Origin: the human T2T-CHM13v2.0 reference genome, Homo sapiens | Assembly: GCF_009914755.1 (NCBI RefSeq) | Contig: NC_060926.1 | DNA length: 64,000 nucleotides | Reading direction: 5' to 3' (one strand) | Part shown: positions 45,801 through 59,330 of the stretch, piece by piece | Layout: every line of letters begins with the position of its first letter | Position numbering within the stretch: position 1 is the first letter of the stretch | The notes under the pieces: generated by a model | The model's input: only the letters and a program-made list of their open reading frames with translations | Database searches by the model: none | Told to the model about the DNA's origin: nothing | Made by a program: the position numbers and the translations under genes

Positions 45801-47213
45801 GGTGAACTCCTGGAATTCATATTCACAAGGGAGTAAGACCATTCGATTTCCAGAAACAAGGGTGTGGCTACTCTTGTCTCCCACTTCTCATGAAGTGCAC
45901 CCTTTGAATTAGACCAAGAAAAAGGGGAGCATGAAGCAGCTTTGTTTCTTCCTTAGAAGGAGCAAGTTTGAAGCCATAAAGACTCTATTTTCGCACTCAG
46001 GAACTAACTGCTAGCTCTTTTCTAGCTAGCTGGAGTGAGCGCCAGCACTGGGGTATCCTAGCGTGAACAAGAATGCTATTTTGGTCTGTTGTAAAGCATT
46101 GTGGAATGCAGATTTTAGATCATTTCATCACATCTACCAGCAACCACAAAACAAACGTTATTTCAGAATGAAGACTATGGATGTAGAAATACTAAGAGCT
46201 AAATAAAAAGAAGATTATACAGACATTTTTAAAGTTTAATGAATATGCTCACTACCAAAGCTTTGCTTTAAAAAGAAAAAACAAATACTTATACGCAGTG
46301 TTGGGTGTTTATACAGTTTGATAAAGGCCAGGTGTAGAGGAGGCATTGAAGAATTCCACTGCGTCTCTCATTGAACCAAAGTGAGAGGGGGAGCACAGAA
46401 CAGTCTATTACGAGTAATACCAAACCATCTTCCCTAAAAAAAAAAAGTAAAAACAAGGATCCTGTTTATCCGGAAGAAGTCACCTAGAGAATTCAGTAAT
46501 TTCAAGATAATTAGATTCCTTCCAGAGAGCTGAATGCAGGTTTCACTTTTCTCTGGAGAATATGGCCACTTTCAGAGACAATTAAAATGCTTTTAAGTGT
46601 GGCAACACAGTCCCTGGAGAGGAAGGGGGCTTCATAACATGACCCAAGTGGCAGCTGATGCTGCTCCTCTGACTCAGAATATCCTGTGTGTGTGCAGACA
46701 CTTAATCTTTGTGTCTTTCTCTGGACTTTGAGTAGGAAATTTTAGTCAAGACTCTCTAGAGTACTTTCTATTCATGAAATTAAATGCTTGAAGGATTCTA
46801 TGATTTATACTAGGCATTAAACTTTACTTCCATTCACAGTCCCATTAGTTTTAATGAGTTAAGGACTTTGCTTTACTTAAAGTAAACAAATAGAAATACT
46901 CCAATGGCAAAGGATATTGGACTAAATTCCCCTGGTCCTGGTGTATTCCTCCCATCTGGTACCCTCCTGCCTGAAATGTCATGATTGAAGATCCATTCCT
47001 TTAGCTTAAATATTGTCCTCTCTCTTTTAATTTTAATCTAAATCTGGATTAATTTTAATTTGAATCTGGGAGGAAAGGCACATTAAATCCCTTGTGTGAA
47101 CTAGTTAATCCTTTTAAAAAAGTTAGAAAGTCTGAAAAAAAACAAGAATTGGTAAGGATGCAGAGGAATAGCCACTCCTATACAGCAACTTCTACTTTTT
47201 TTGAACAGTTTGG

Positions 47214-47507
47214 GGCCAGGTTCAGTGGCTCTCACTTGTAATCCCAGTACTTTGGGAGGCCTAGGTGGGAGGATCACTCGAGCCCAGGAGTTTGAGAACA
47301 ATCTGGGAAACATAGTGAGTCCCCACCTCTATAAAAAGAAAAGAAAAGAAAAATTAGCCAGGTGTGATGAAGAACACCTGTAGTCCCTGCTACTCGGGAG
47401 GCTGAGGTAACAGGATCACTGGAGCCCAGGAGTTTAAGGTTGCAGTGAGCTCTGGCTATGCCACTGCACTTCAACCTAGGTGACAGAGTAAGAACTTGTT
47501 TCAAAAA
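47214..47507 (+). mobile_element. AluJ
   Basis: gggaggatcactcgagcccaggagtttgag; TSD aacagtttg on both sides. Confidence 0.9.
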
Positions 47508-47521
47508 AACAGTTTGAGAAA

Positions 47522-48690
47522 TTCCAATTCTGGCCTAGATGGAGTAATAGGGACTGAAATTACCTGCCTGAAACAACCTAAGAAAAATCTGATAAATTAG
47601 ATGAAATTATATTTTTTTAAGACAAGGAACATCACATAATGAAGGACCGAGATCCCTGAGGGCTGAGAAACAAACAAGGTGAGCCTTACAATTATTCTAG
47701 CAATTGCCTTGAAAGAGTTTCCAGGTGTATTAGTCAATTTTCACACTACTATAAAGAATACCTGAGACTGGATAATTTATAATCAAAGAGGTTTAATTGA
47801 CTCAGTTCTGCATGGTTGGGAAGGCCTCAGGAAACTTACAATCAGGCAAAAGGCAAAGGGGAAGCAGGGCATGACTTACATGGCGGCAGGAGAGACAGCA
47901 TGCAGGGAGAAGTGCCAGATACTTATCAAACAACGAGATCTCCTGAGAACCCACTCACAATCACGAGAACAGCATGGGGGAAACCACCCCCATGATCCAA
48001 TCATCTCCCACCAGGTCCCTCCCTCAAAATGCGGGGATTACAATTCAAATTACAATTCGAGATGAGATTTGGGTTGGGGACACAGCCAAACTCTATCACC
48101 AAGCAACATCACAGGGAGGGGTAGCCCAGGAAGAGCTCAACAGACTACCTGAATTGAAGAGATAGAGTTGGTAGTCTGAGGAGACTTGAGCTGATAGGGC
48201 AGGGTCTTGAAGGGGAGCTGCACAGCGGGAGAACCATGGAGATCTCTGGAGGGGCCCTTTCAACTCAACAGAGTACTGACCAGCACCTGTGTGTGGAGAG
48301 ACTACTCAAAGCCAGCTGGGGAAAAAACTATCTGAAAGGATTAGAAGGAACGTACTCACACTCACACCAGGCTGATAGTAATGCCTGCTTCTACCAGCCA
48401 GACTGGAAATCTTCACAATTCACAGGATACTGAGTAGATTATTCAGAAGGGTCTTCCCTTCACAGTGGGAAATAATTATCTCTAGACTACATTTTTCTGG
48501 CCCTGTCTAACAAATCTTTAAAGCAAGACTTGAAAGGATCAAACTGTTTTTAAACAACTCAACTGTGTCCCAGAACAAAGCCCAAGAATATTTATGGGCA
48601 ATACAAAAATATCCAGCACCAAACAAGATAAACTCACAATGTCTGGCATCCAATCAAAGTATACTAGTCATGCAAAGAAGCAGGAAAATA
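47522..48690 (+). mobile_element. 5' region of an ancient L1M (L1MC/MD-like), interrupted by THE1D/MSTA; donor of two local copies
   Basis: Begins ttccaattctggcctagatggagtaatagggac (L1M 5'-end-like); continues ...aaagcaagacttgaaaggatcaaactg...tctggcatccaatcaaa. Confidence 0.7.
47726..48098 (-). mobile_element. THE1D/MSTA solo LTR
   Basis: tgtattagtc ... gacacagccaaactctatca; 5-bp TSD ccagg/ccaag. Confidence 0.9.
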
Positions 48691-49248
48691 CAAGAGGAGG
48701 AGAAACAGACACCACTTCTTGATGTGAAGAGTGTTGAAGAATTTGAGAACATGTTTAAAACCACTGGAAACTCATCAGTGACAACATTGCTAGTAAGGTA
48801 GAACTTAATATGATACATGATTCATCAGATTATATACCAAAACCCAATTATTTCTTTCCTATGGATTCTAAACTTTGTTTTTCCTTTTATTCAGGGAGGA
48901 AAGTGATTTTTGTTCTTGTGGATGATTGCAGAGATGGCCACATATTTTGCAGCCCTGTGCCTCTACCCTAATAATGGGGAATCTTCATTTCCATGTTAGA
49001 TTTGTGGACCTAGCATGGTTTTTATTTTGGATTGTCTTGTTCAGCAGTTGTAATTGTACAAGTATGTTAGGGCCCATCTTGTTGACCCTGGTAGCACGAT
49101 TTAGGCTTACAACAACTCCAAATGCTATTTTGGGTCTTTGGGTTTAAAGACAACAGAAACCAGGCCCTTGTTCTTAGGAGCTCACCATCCTTCTCTGCGA
49201 CCATAGCAGATTCCCAGTTGTTTTAAACTGTACCTGGAATTTTGATAT

Positions 49249-49934
49249 TGTTCAGGTATAGTGAGACCAAAATATCAGGAGACAATGGCCATTAAAAAGA
49301 TAGTTTGTAACTTACAGCTCCCAAGAAGGGCATGCCATGTCACAGGGGTCCACACGGGGAAGCACCAGGGTTGGTCAGGAGGCAGAAGGAGCCAGGAGAA
49401 AACATAGGCAAAGCCTTGCTTGTGGTTTTCATGGAAAGAAAACCAGCCAGACTGGAAATCCTCACAATTCGCAGGGCCTGGGTAGATTATTCAGAAATCT
49501 TACCTGCACAGTGGGGAGTATAATTATCTCTAGACTACATTTCTCTGGCCCTGCCTAACAAATCTTTAAAGCAAGACTTTAAAGAATGGAAAGAATGAAT
49601 GAAGCAAGGTACGCAGCTGAGCAGGCTTAGGGGATTTGAATAATCTCTGCAAGCTCTGGCCTATCTGAGTGGCTCCTCGTTGTGTCTTCCCTGGCCCTGG
49701 GATGCTTAAGGCGGAGGAATATTGCCCTCTTGGAATGTAAGACCCAGGTAAAGGGGCAGGTGTGAGTATAGACTCAGGATTGGTTGGCTTGCACATCAAA
49801 GACATGCTCCAAGGCAAATGTTTACCATCTCTAGGAATTAGTTAACCCTGGGAGGTCAGTCTCTCCGTGGTCAGTTGAACCCCAAATGTCAGAGCATCAG
49901 AAATACAGAAAATAAGAAAATATAGTTAAAAATA
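49249..49934 (-). mobile_element. ERVL LTR of the MER54/MER74 group, interrupted by a 145-bp local copy
   Basis: tgttcaggtatagtgagacc...atcaggagac...cacacggggaagcaccagggttggtcaggaggcag. Confidence 0.6.
49441..49585 (+). repeat. Local direct copy of 48393-48539
   Basis: About 90% identical by eye; flanked by atggaaagaa at 49431-49440 and 49586-49595. Confidence 0.92.
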
Positions 49935-50510
49935 GTTACTTCACTAATACGAGCCTCAGTGAGGTCACCTGTGGATTCAGGCCTGTTTGGGTGCACTTGG
50001 TGGATTGCAAGAGGCAGCGTCTCAGAGCTCTGCTTACATGGAAGAGTGAAAGGACCACCTGAGACTAAAAAGGTCGAAAAGTAAAGACAGCTGTGGTCTA
50101 CCACCTTGTTTAAGAAGAGTATGGGCCTATTAGAAGAGAGCAGTAATTTGAAATAAAGCTTGAATCCAGCCTAGTCTCCAGCCTGGGCCTTAGAGCCACT
50201 GGGAAAGCTGTTTCTCTATGAACTCACATAAGATACAAAGAAGCTGAGGCATCAGCATCACCGATGGCAGCCACTGCAGAGGAACTTGCAGGTCCCACCA
50301 CCTCAGCTCAGCCACCAGCACGTCATCAGGGCTTCGCACTGACATTGCAGTGACAGCAGACAACATCAATGATGCCCTTGCTAGGTAGGAGCAGCTGTGG
50401 TGATGGCATTAATGGGCACCAAGGGACAGAACTGACGCTTTTCTTCCTCAGCAATGACTAGAGGCATTGCCACAGCAAAAGGAGGGAAAAAAAGGCCACT
50501 ACTGTGACAC

Positions 50511-50902
50511 TTCCAATTCTGGCCAAGATGGAGTAATAGGGACTGAAATTACCTGCCTGAAACAACCTAAGAAAAATCTGATAAATTAGATGAAACTATT
50601 TTTCAAGACAGGGAACATCGGATAATGAAGGACAGAGATCCCTGAGGAATGAGAAACAAGGTGAGCCTTACAATTATTCTAGCAATTGCATTGAAAGAGT
50701 TTCCAGGTGTATTAGTCCATTTTCACCCTGCTATAAAGAATACCTGAGACTGAATAATTTATAATCAAAAGAGGTTTAATTGACTCAGTTCTGCATGGCT
50801 TGGAAGGCCTCAGGAAACTTACAATCATGGCAGAAGGCAAAGGGGAAGCAGATCACGTCTTAAATGGTGGCAGGAGAGACAGCATTCAGGGGGAAGTGCC
50901 AG
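50511..50902 (+). repeat. Local direct copy of 47522-47918 (L1M 5' end plus THE1D part)
   Basis: About 25 substitutions and about 4 indels in ~390 bp; flanked by gaaaaaaagg(c/a)cactactgtga at 50486-50507 and 50913-50934. Confidence 0.95.
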
Positions 50903-52289
50903 GAGGAAAAAAGAAAAAAAGGACACTACTGTGAGAACTTGTTCTCAGAGTTCAGGTGAGACATCAGGGACACCCAGAATTCTTTTCAAAGAATCTGAGG
51001 GCAGGTAGACTTCACCCAGAGCAGATGGTGGCAAAGCCAGGGCAGGCCTGTCCCACAGCTGGTATCATTACCCTGTTCTCACATCCACATCGGGGAAGCC
51101 TGAGCACCTCCTTGGTTCTCCACCTAGAGCTCCAGGATATATCCTTGAGGATTGCTGTTTGCCACTCAGGAATTTATTTGGAGGTTATCATTTTGATGAT
51201 AATCTTTAAAAAAGTCAGATCTCTACTCACCATCTGGATGACTACATCATCATGAAATACCACTACATAATTCAGTGCTTGCATTTGTAATTCTGTTTTC
51301 TGTTTATGCTAGCATCAAATAGAGGATAAAGACATAGCATACTGCTTGAACGTAGATTTTGCAGTAGAAAAAGGAGTGGGAGAATTGAGCTAGTCAATGC
51401 TGGTGATGATAGAGGCATGCTGAGCTGAACTAGCACTGAGCTGTGAGTAGTGTATTCATGTATGTGGTGAACAGATACATTACCCAGACCGCCTTGTTGT
51501 TCAGACCAGCTTGCAGTGAGGAGGAAATACACAATGGAAAATGTTCTGTTTCTGATTCACACCACAGTTAGTTGCATTAGATTCCCATAAAGTGCAGGTT
51601 TCAAAAATTCCTCTAATGTAGCTTCATCTTTGAATATATAAGGCAGCCATATAAGGTCAACAAATGGCAAATCAACAAAATTCGCATTTGAGGCTTGTTT
51701 ACTGACAGAACTTTTTAAAATTGAATTTGAGGTCTGCTTATCTTGAACTAGAAAAACAAAACTTTTGTGTTTTGCAATTTCTTATAGTATAATTGTCCTA
51801 ATAAATACTCACTACAGTAGCTTTCTGAGGTCAAAATTCAGGAACAGAATTAAATGTAGAAGTGGAGCCAAGCCTCCTACTTCTACTCCTAAACCTCATT
51901 TTGGTCATTTTGCTTATCAAAATAACATCATCGGTCCCATTAAATTGCTATTATTAATTAAATAGTGTGCTTTTGTAAGTCTATATTAACTTTGAATTGT
52001 TTTGGTTCTATGGTTGTATAAGAAATAAAGGACTTTATACCTAGATTTATAGTTGTATACACTTCAGTAATATTATAATAAAATATAGCATTGAGAATCT
52101 GTAAGAATTTTTCCTTTTTATAAAAGGTCTATTTGCTTCTTAATTTTGAGAAATCCTTGATTAGCAAAATGAAGCACCACATATTCCACTACATATTGAC
52201 CTAGATTTCTGCCATTGTTCAACAGCATACATTACTTCAACACAATTGAAATTTATCCCCAGACTTCTTTAACCTGTAATTAAATCTTT

Positions 52290-52516
<227 letters not shown>

Positions 52517-52781
52517 TAATATTCAGACTACCGAAGTCCAAGCCCCTTTCTCGAATGAGGCATGCCTTCTTTTACTGGGCAGCTGACTGTTGTAAGTTCT
52601 GGGATGCCTGGAGCTGGCGTGTCCTTATTAGTTATTGCCCCCAGCCACAGGTGTTCCCAGAGCACTGGTGGATCCCATTATGAGGACTGGCCTGTTTTTC
52701 AAGTGTCCAAAGCACAGTTAAGACAAGGCCCTGGAGTTTAACTGAAAAAATAAGGATAGTCCGAGAACAACAGAGAGTAAC

Positions 52782-53160
52782 TGATATGTTTTGGCTCTGC
52801 GTCCCTACTCAAATCTCATGTCATGTTGTGATTCCCAGTATTGGAGGAGGGGCCTGGTGGGAGGTGACTGGATCATGGGGGTGGTTTCTAATGGTTTGGC
52901 ACCATCCCCCTAGTGCCGTCCCGTGATAGGTTCTCATGAGATCTGGTCGTTTAAGTGTGTGGCACCTTCCCCCCTCGACCCATCATGTAGATGTGCCTGC
53001 TTCCCTTTCGCCTTCCGCCATGATTCTAAGTTTCCTGAAGCCTACCCAGAAGCAGAAGCCAGTATAGCCCGCAGAACTGGGAGTGGATTAAACCTCTTTT
53101 CTTTCTAAATTACCGAGTCTCAGGTATGTCTTTACAGCAGTGTGAGAATGGACTAATACA
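52782..53160 (+). mobile_element. MSTA solo LTR
   Basis: tgatatgttttggctc ... gactaataca; 5-bp TSD gtaac. Confidence 0.92.
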
Positions 53161-53884
53161 GTAACATAGTTAATACCACCAGAGGTTTCATTTAGGGCTT
53201 GCAGACCAATTCCTGACCTCTGAGCTCCCACTCCCCTACCCCAGCTCTCTGACTTGTCCCTAGAAGCCCTGCCCAGCCCCCACTGAACCTCTCCAGGCCT
53301 CTCTCCACCTCACAGGCCTGGTCTCCAGCTTTCTTCCTATCACAGAATGACCCAGAGTGCAAACGTCCATCTCCTCCCGGGAAACTCCTGCCACTACCCA
53401 GATGGTGAGCTCTGCCCTCCAAATGCTGGCTTATCCAGTCTTAAATCGCACTTCATGTGCTATCCCAACTGCACAGCTCCCATCCATATTAAGGGGCAAA
53501 AAAAATGGCTCTAATTCTGCAAGGATATAGTCATCTTAAAAATACATTCCATTTATATTACAAAACAGAACTTAATAAAAGGTCTGCAGCATCTACATCC
53601 GGGTTTATAATAGCTTCAATTTTCTCCAAGAAAAATAAAAGCACGTGTTTTATATTTGTGAAATTAATGTGCCCTTTTTGGTCCTTTCCACCCAAATATA
53701 GAAAATCTGCTCCAAAAGTGAATTATATTATATCTAAAATTTCTAAAATAATGACAACAATAATAATAATGAAAAACAAAGTATCAGCTCTTTTGGATAT
53801 TATAGTGAATAAGGAAAAGTTTTTTTAAATGCAAAAATAATATCAAACGTTCAAAACCTATTTGTATTTTGTGACAATATAATA

Positions 53885-54120
53885 TAGCAGTGGAATCTAT
53901 GAACCCTGATTCCAGGTCTAGAATCAGACTAGCTGGGATTTAAGATCCTGGCTCTCCTATTGGCTAGCTGGGCAAATGACCTGAACTCACTGTGTTTTCC
54001 TATCCTCATCTGTAAAATGGGGTTGACAGTACCTCCCTCATAGGGTTACTATGAAGATTTAAATATATAACAGCTTAAAATATTGCCCACTGTATAATAA
54101 GTACTCAGTACATGTGAACT
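53885..54120 (+). mobile_element. MIR, near full length
   Basis: cctcatctgtaaaatggggttgacagtacctccctcatagggtt. Confidence 0.8.
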
Positions 54121-54190
54121 GTGATGATCATAATGATGATGATAATGAAGACAGTGATGATGGTAGTGGCAGTGATGGTGGTGATGATGG
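54121..54190. repeat. (TGA/TGG)n low-complexity repeat
   Basis: gtgatgatcataatgatgatgataatg...gtgatgatgg. Confidence 0.85.
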
Positions 54191-55521
54191 CTGGGTATCT
54201 GAAGGCAGTTAAAAAAAATCCTAGAAAGAGTTCCAATTTGTGCTTCTCATTATCATCATTGGTAATGAACATGAATAGTGGACATTCTCTTACTCTTCAG
54301 TGCCCTTTTATCCCCAATGTGGCTTGTGCCATTTAAAGTACAATGAGGGACTCAGAAGAAGCTATGGTTGAGCCAATCGAATCTTTCTGACCCTTCTTAC
54401 TTTTGTGGTGACAGTCACGTTATCAGGAACTCTAGTGAGCACAGTTCTTTGTGGTTCTTCATGCAGGTTTAGCAGGGCAGAGCAGTGTCAAGCTCCAGGT
54501 ACGAGAGGAGAAGTCTGAGGAGGACCATCAGGCTGGGAGACTCCAGGGGACAGAAAGTTAGAGGGACTGTGAGGTGAGGGGGCCAGAGGGGAGGGTCTTC
54601 AGATCATAAGGTGAGCAGCTGAAGAACTTCCCCCTGAACTCTCAGAAGATAAATCCTCTTGCTATGGCTCCCCCAAACTCCCTGGCTGTATGGGGTAGGG
54701 TAGAAGTCCAGGCTCTGGGAGTCTGGCCTTGGCTGCGTCTTCAGCGGGCTGCGAAGCTGTTAATCTTCTTATTCATCTCTCTGGACACTGCTGGTGGGAA
54801 GTAGAGATGAGATTTCTTTTCTTGATCTCTGTCCCTTCTGCTTCCACTCCCCACCTTACCTCTAGGAATCTTTTCTGCTGTCAGCTCCCAGAAGCAGGAA
54901 AGGAATCCCCAAATCAGAACTTCTCCTTGGGCCCCCATGATGTCACAGCTCAGTGGACAAAAAAGATATTCGTGACAGGGTCACTAACCTGGTTACTCAT
55001 TCAGTCAATGATATTTCATTAAGAAAGCTTAAAGTGGTTAACATCATGAGTCCCCAAAAGAGCAAACTTAAGTGATCCTAAAGCGTGTCACTATATTCAT
55101 TTATAATTATGAAAACAAAATACTGTGGCCAAAAATGCTTTGCGATTTTGAAGTAAAAGATGCTGTCTAAGCATTTCTGAGTGCTCAAAATGTATCCTTT
55201 ATGTTAAAGAAATATGAATTAAATATAAATGATAGTTTTATGACAGTAGAGCAAATGGATATGTTTTAAGAAGGAATGAATGACCAACATTTATTATTAT
55301 TATTAGTTTAATGTTTGCATGATGGCTTGCATATTTTTGAAACAAGTTATTTAGTATAAACATTAGGCAGTTTATATTTACTGTATTTACTGTTTGCTTT
55401 ATCAACAGGTAGAAGGTCTTGAGTTCGCTGACGTTACTCTCAAAATACTTTCAGGTAATTGTTGTCAAACAAGAGTTGACAATTTGCATTTTCTTGATTA
55501 CTAATGGTGAGTATTTTTTCT

Positions 55522-55854
<333 letters not shown>

Positions 55855-55871
55855 ATGATGAGTATTTTTTC

Positions 55872-56297
55872 TAAGTGAAATAAGCCAGGTGCAGAAAGAC
55901 AAATATCATATGTTTCATTCATATGTGGGAGCTAAAGAAGTTGATCTCATAGAAGTAGAAAGTAAAATACAGGAGGCTGGGAAGGGTAGTGGGGAAGAGG
56001 GACAGGGAGAGGTTGATTAACAAATACAAAAATATAGTTAGATAGGAGGAATAACTTCTAGTATCCCATAGTATAGCAGGGTGACTATAATTAATAATTT
56101 ACTGTGTATTTCAAAATAGCTGGAAGAGAGGATTTGGAGTGTTCCCAATACAAAGAAATGATAAGTGGTTGAGCTGATAGATATGACAATTACCCTGATT
56201 TGGTCATTACACATTATATGCATGTACTGAAATATTACATATGCCCTATAAATATGTACAATTATTATGTGTCAATTAAGAAAGAAAAAGAAAAAAA
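55872..56297 (+). mobile_element. L1MA 3' end
   Basis: taagtgaaataagccagg...tcaaaatagctggaagagagg...aaatatgtacaattattatgtgtcaatt plus A-tail. Confidence 0.85.
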
Positions 56298-57616
56298 GGC
56301 TTATCTCCCAGTGATCACAGGGATGAGGAAAGAAAAACACAATTAAATTTAAAAAAAGAGAAAAAAGACTATGAAATTAACTTCTCAGCTCACATCTGTG
56401 TTGCATGATCATGAGATAGAAAACCATCTTCCCATCAGTGTTTTGGAGCACCCTAAGGCCCCCCCATAAAGTTCACAGGCCACCTCTCCCACCTTTCAGA
56501 TACCCCACCTTGCCAGCCTTCAAGATTTCCCCCAAGCTCTGCAGGTTCTCATTGAAACACTCAAATACTTTATTATTTATTGGAAAAAAAGGAAAATATG
56601 AGACTGGCCTCACCATTGGCTTTCATTTTCCTCTTCCCTCTCCTCCCTACCTTCTGGGTTGTGGCAGCTGTAATTGGGTTAAACTTTGTGTAATTCCGAA
56701 GCTATGCTCATAGAAAAAAATAGTGAAATTCTCTAGCGCACCTACTAATGACCCAAGAAAAACTGGAAGCTACTATAGACTTTTTTTTTCTTTTTCTAGT
56801 TTCTGGAACTCGGGGCTGATTCTTTTGAGATGCATAATTTAGTTGGAGCCAATTGATGAAGGAGTCAGTTCTTATTTAAGGAAACTGCCTTCAAGCTCAA
56901 GTAGAAATCTTGAGACCCAGTATGAAATTTCCATTTTCACATAGCATACTGTAAAAAATTGTCTGTTTTTAAAAATGAACTTATGTAAAGACAGTCAATC
57001 TATTCAGTTTATGGCTTTCTTTTTTTTTCTAACTTCAAACCAAAGGTGTTTTAATTCCCATAGAAAAGTATTAACAAACAATGGTGACTAACTTCATTCT
57101 TATAATTAGCCTTTTGTGGTTGCAAAATGTCTTCACATGCTTTGTTTTTTTACTTGGTCCCATGACAGTTCTTTAAGGTCACTGGGACCTGGACTCCCAC
57201 TTCTATTTGATGCCTGAGGAAACTGACCATCCAAAGCAAAGTAGGCTACCCGAGATCATGTGGCTGTTAAGTGGTGGGTCTGGGATAGGGCTCATCTTTC
57301 AACCAAAAATAATTATTCTTAATTAATGGAGTACAATTTGCAGTGATTTGGTACTTGCTTTGTAGACATACAAAGTTTATAAAGTCTCAGAAATTTGAGG
57401 ATGCAGTGGGAACTCACCTTTGGAATGGGGTGGAAATGGGCTGAGACCTCCACGAATAGGTGGCTGTTTACAAACTCAGACCCATAATGCTTCCTCCCCT
57501 GAAGAGGTTTCCTTTCCTGCTCCTACTGGGATATACTGGGACCTGACTGGCTCAGTCTCCCTCCTTTAGTTTTTCAAATCTGTATATGACAATCTTAGGC
57601 AGCAAAATATATTTCA

Positions 57617-57919
<303 letters not shown>

Positions 57920-58009
57920 TCAGGTCAAAGGCTGGGTTAGGTTATTTGCCAGACAAACAATAATGACAAATAACCTTGGAAAAGAAAGTATGTTAATATC
58001 TCTTGTTCA

Positions 58010-58195
58010 TGATGTCAGGGCAAGAACACAAGCCCTAGGGGCCGACAGCCTGGCTTGCCCCCGGCCCTGCTGGTATTTGCAGAACGAACTCAGGCAACTC
58101 ACTTTGCTGTGCCAATCCTGTTTCCTCACCTATAAAATAGGGCTGTACCTTCCTATTCTATTGTATTCTTATGACTATTAAATGAGATTTCATGG
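58010..58195 (+). mobile_element. MIR
   Basis: ctgtttcctcacctataaaatagggctgtacc...attaaatgag. Confidence 0.65.
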
Positions 58196-59139
58196 GAAAT
58201 AATACTGATAAGCAGAGTTGCTTAATTGATGCAGGTTCTCCCTGTACTTTACAGACTTGGCTCTTGAATATCTCTCATTGCCTCCGAAAGCCAAATACAT
58301 AGTTGCTCACTGCTGAAATGATAAGGTCCCTATGTTCTGCTCACCTTGCCTGAGGACACGTGCAGTTTTTCCTTCCCCTGATAGGCGGCCTCAGCAGCCT
58401 ATCAGTGCAGGGGCACCTTTTCCTGGGGTGCACACAGTCGGAGAGTAGCCAACCTTCAAAAATAATTATTGAATAAAAGAACAGAGATGGCCTGAGTGTT
58501 AATTCATAACACAGGACCCCCCTCAAGTGGGCTCTGTAACATGATGATTTTATTTATATTTTGTTGAGGGCCAAGAAGGAATATGAGTGTCATTTAAGCC
58601 TAATCCAACTTAGAGGTCACTATTTCCTACATCCTCAGCTGCGAGTTTAGAGACCATATTGGGTGGCAGCAAAAGAGCAGTTTCAACCTGGGCCTCAGTG
58701 AAATGCTGAAGAAGGAAGTAGAGTCAAGAAGGTTGTCTTCTTTAAACTTTAAAAAGGCAGGAAACAATGGCCCTGCTCAGAGAAAAGATGGCTACATTTA
58801 GTACATCCAGGGCTTCCTTCCTATTGACCCAATTTTTCAAGGGTGTATCAATGCTTGATACTCCCAATAACACTGTGAGCTTTTCATCCCATCAACTACT
58901 TGCACATTCAACAAATAACTATTCAGCACCTCTTATATGCCAGGCACTGTGCTAAGTGTTGGTGTGCAGTGCCCGACACTTAAAGAAAGGCACTTCAAGG
59001 TCTTTGAATTCAACTATTCAGTCTCTACTTGAATAGCTTTATTAAATCATTTTTCAGTCTCCAAAAATTAATGGTACATCATTAAAAACCTCCAACAAAG
59101 ACCTATCCCTTTGGTAAAGAAGAGGCAGGTCTCTCTGGC

Positions 59140-59330
59140 TGCTCTGAAATGAGAAAGTCTTTCTTGTACAGAGCCCATTTAGGCCTCTGGTCCTAGCTCC
59201 ACCCCTCTGGAGCCACAGAGAATAGGTTTAATCCCTCTCCATCTGCTATTCTTTCAAAACTGTGAAGACAGTTATCGCTTCTCCCTGAGTCTTTGCTTCT
59301 CAAAGCCAGCATTCCCAAATCTTTCTGCAG
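59140..59330 (-). mobile_element. L3/CR1 fragment
   Basis: ctggtcctagctccacccctctggagccacagagaata...gaagacagttatc. Confidence 0.55.

Noticed and set aside
47726-50902. The two THE1D pieces as paired LTRs of a provirus
   Set aside because: The second is partial, carries 200 bp of the same L1M flank, and the intervening DNA is not THE1 internal sequence; it is a local copy.
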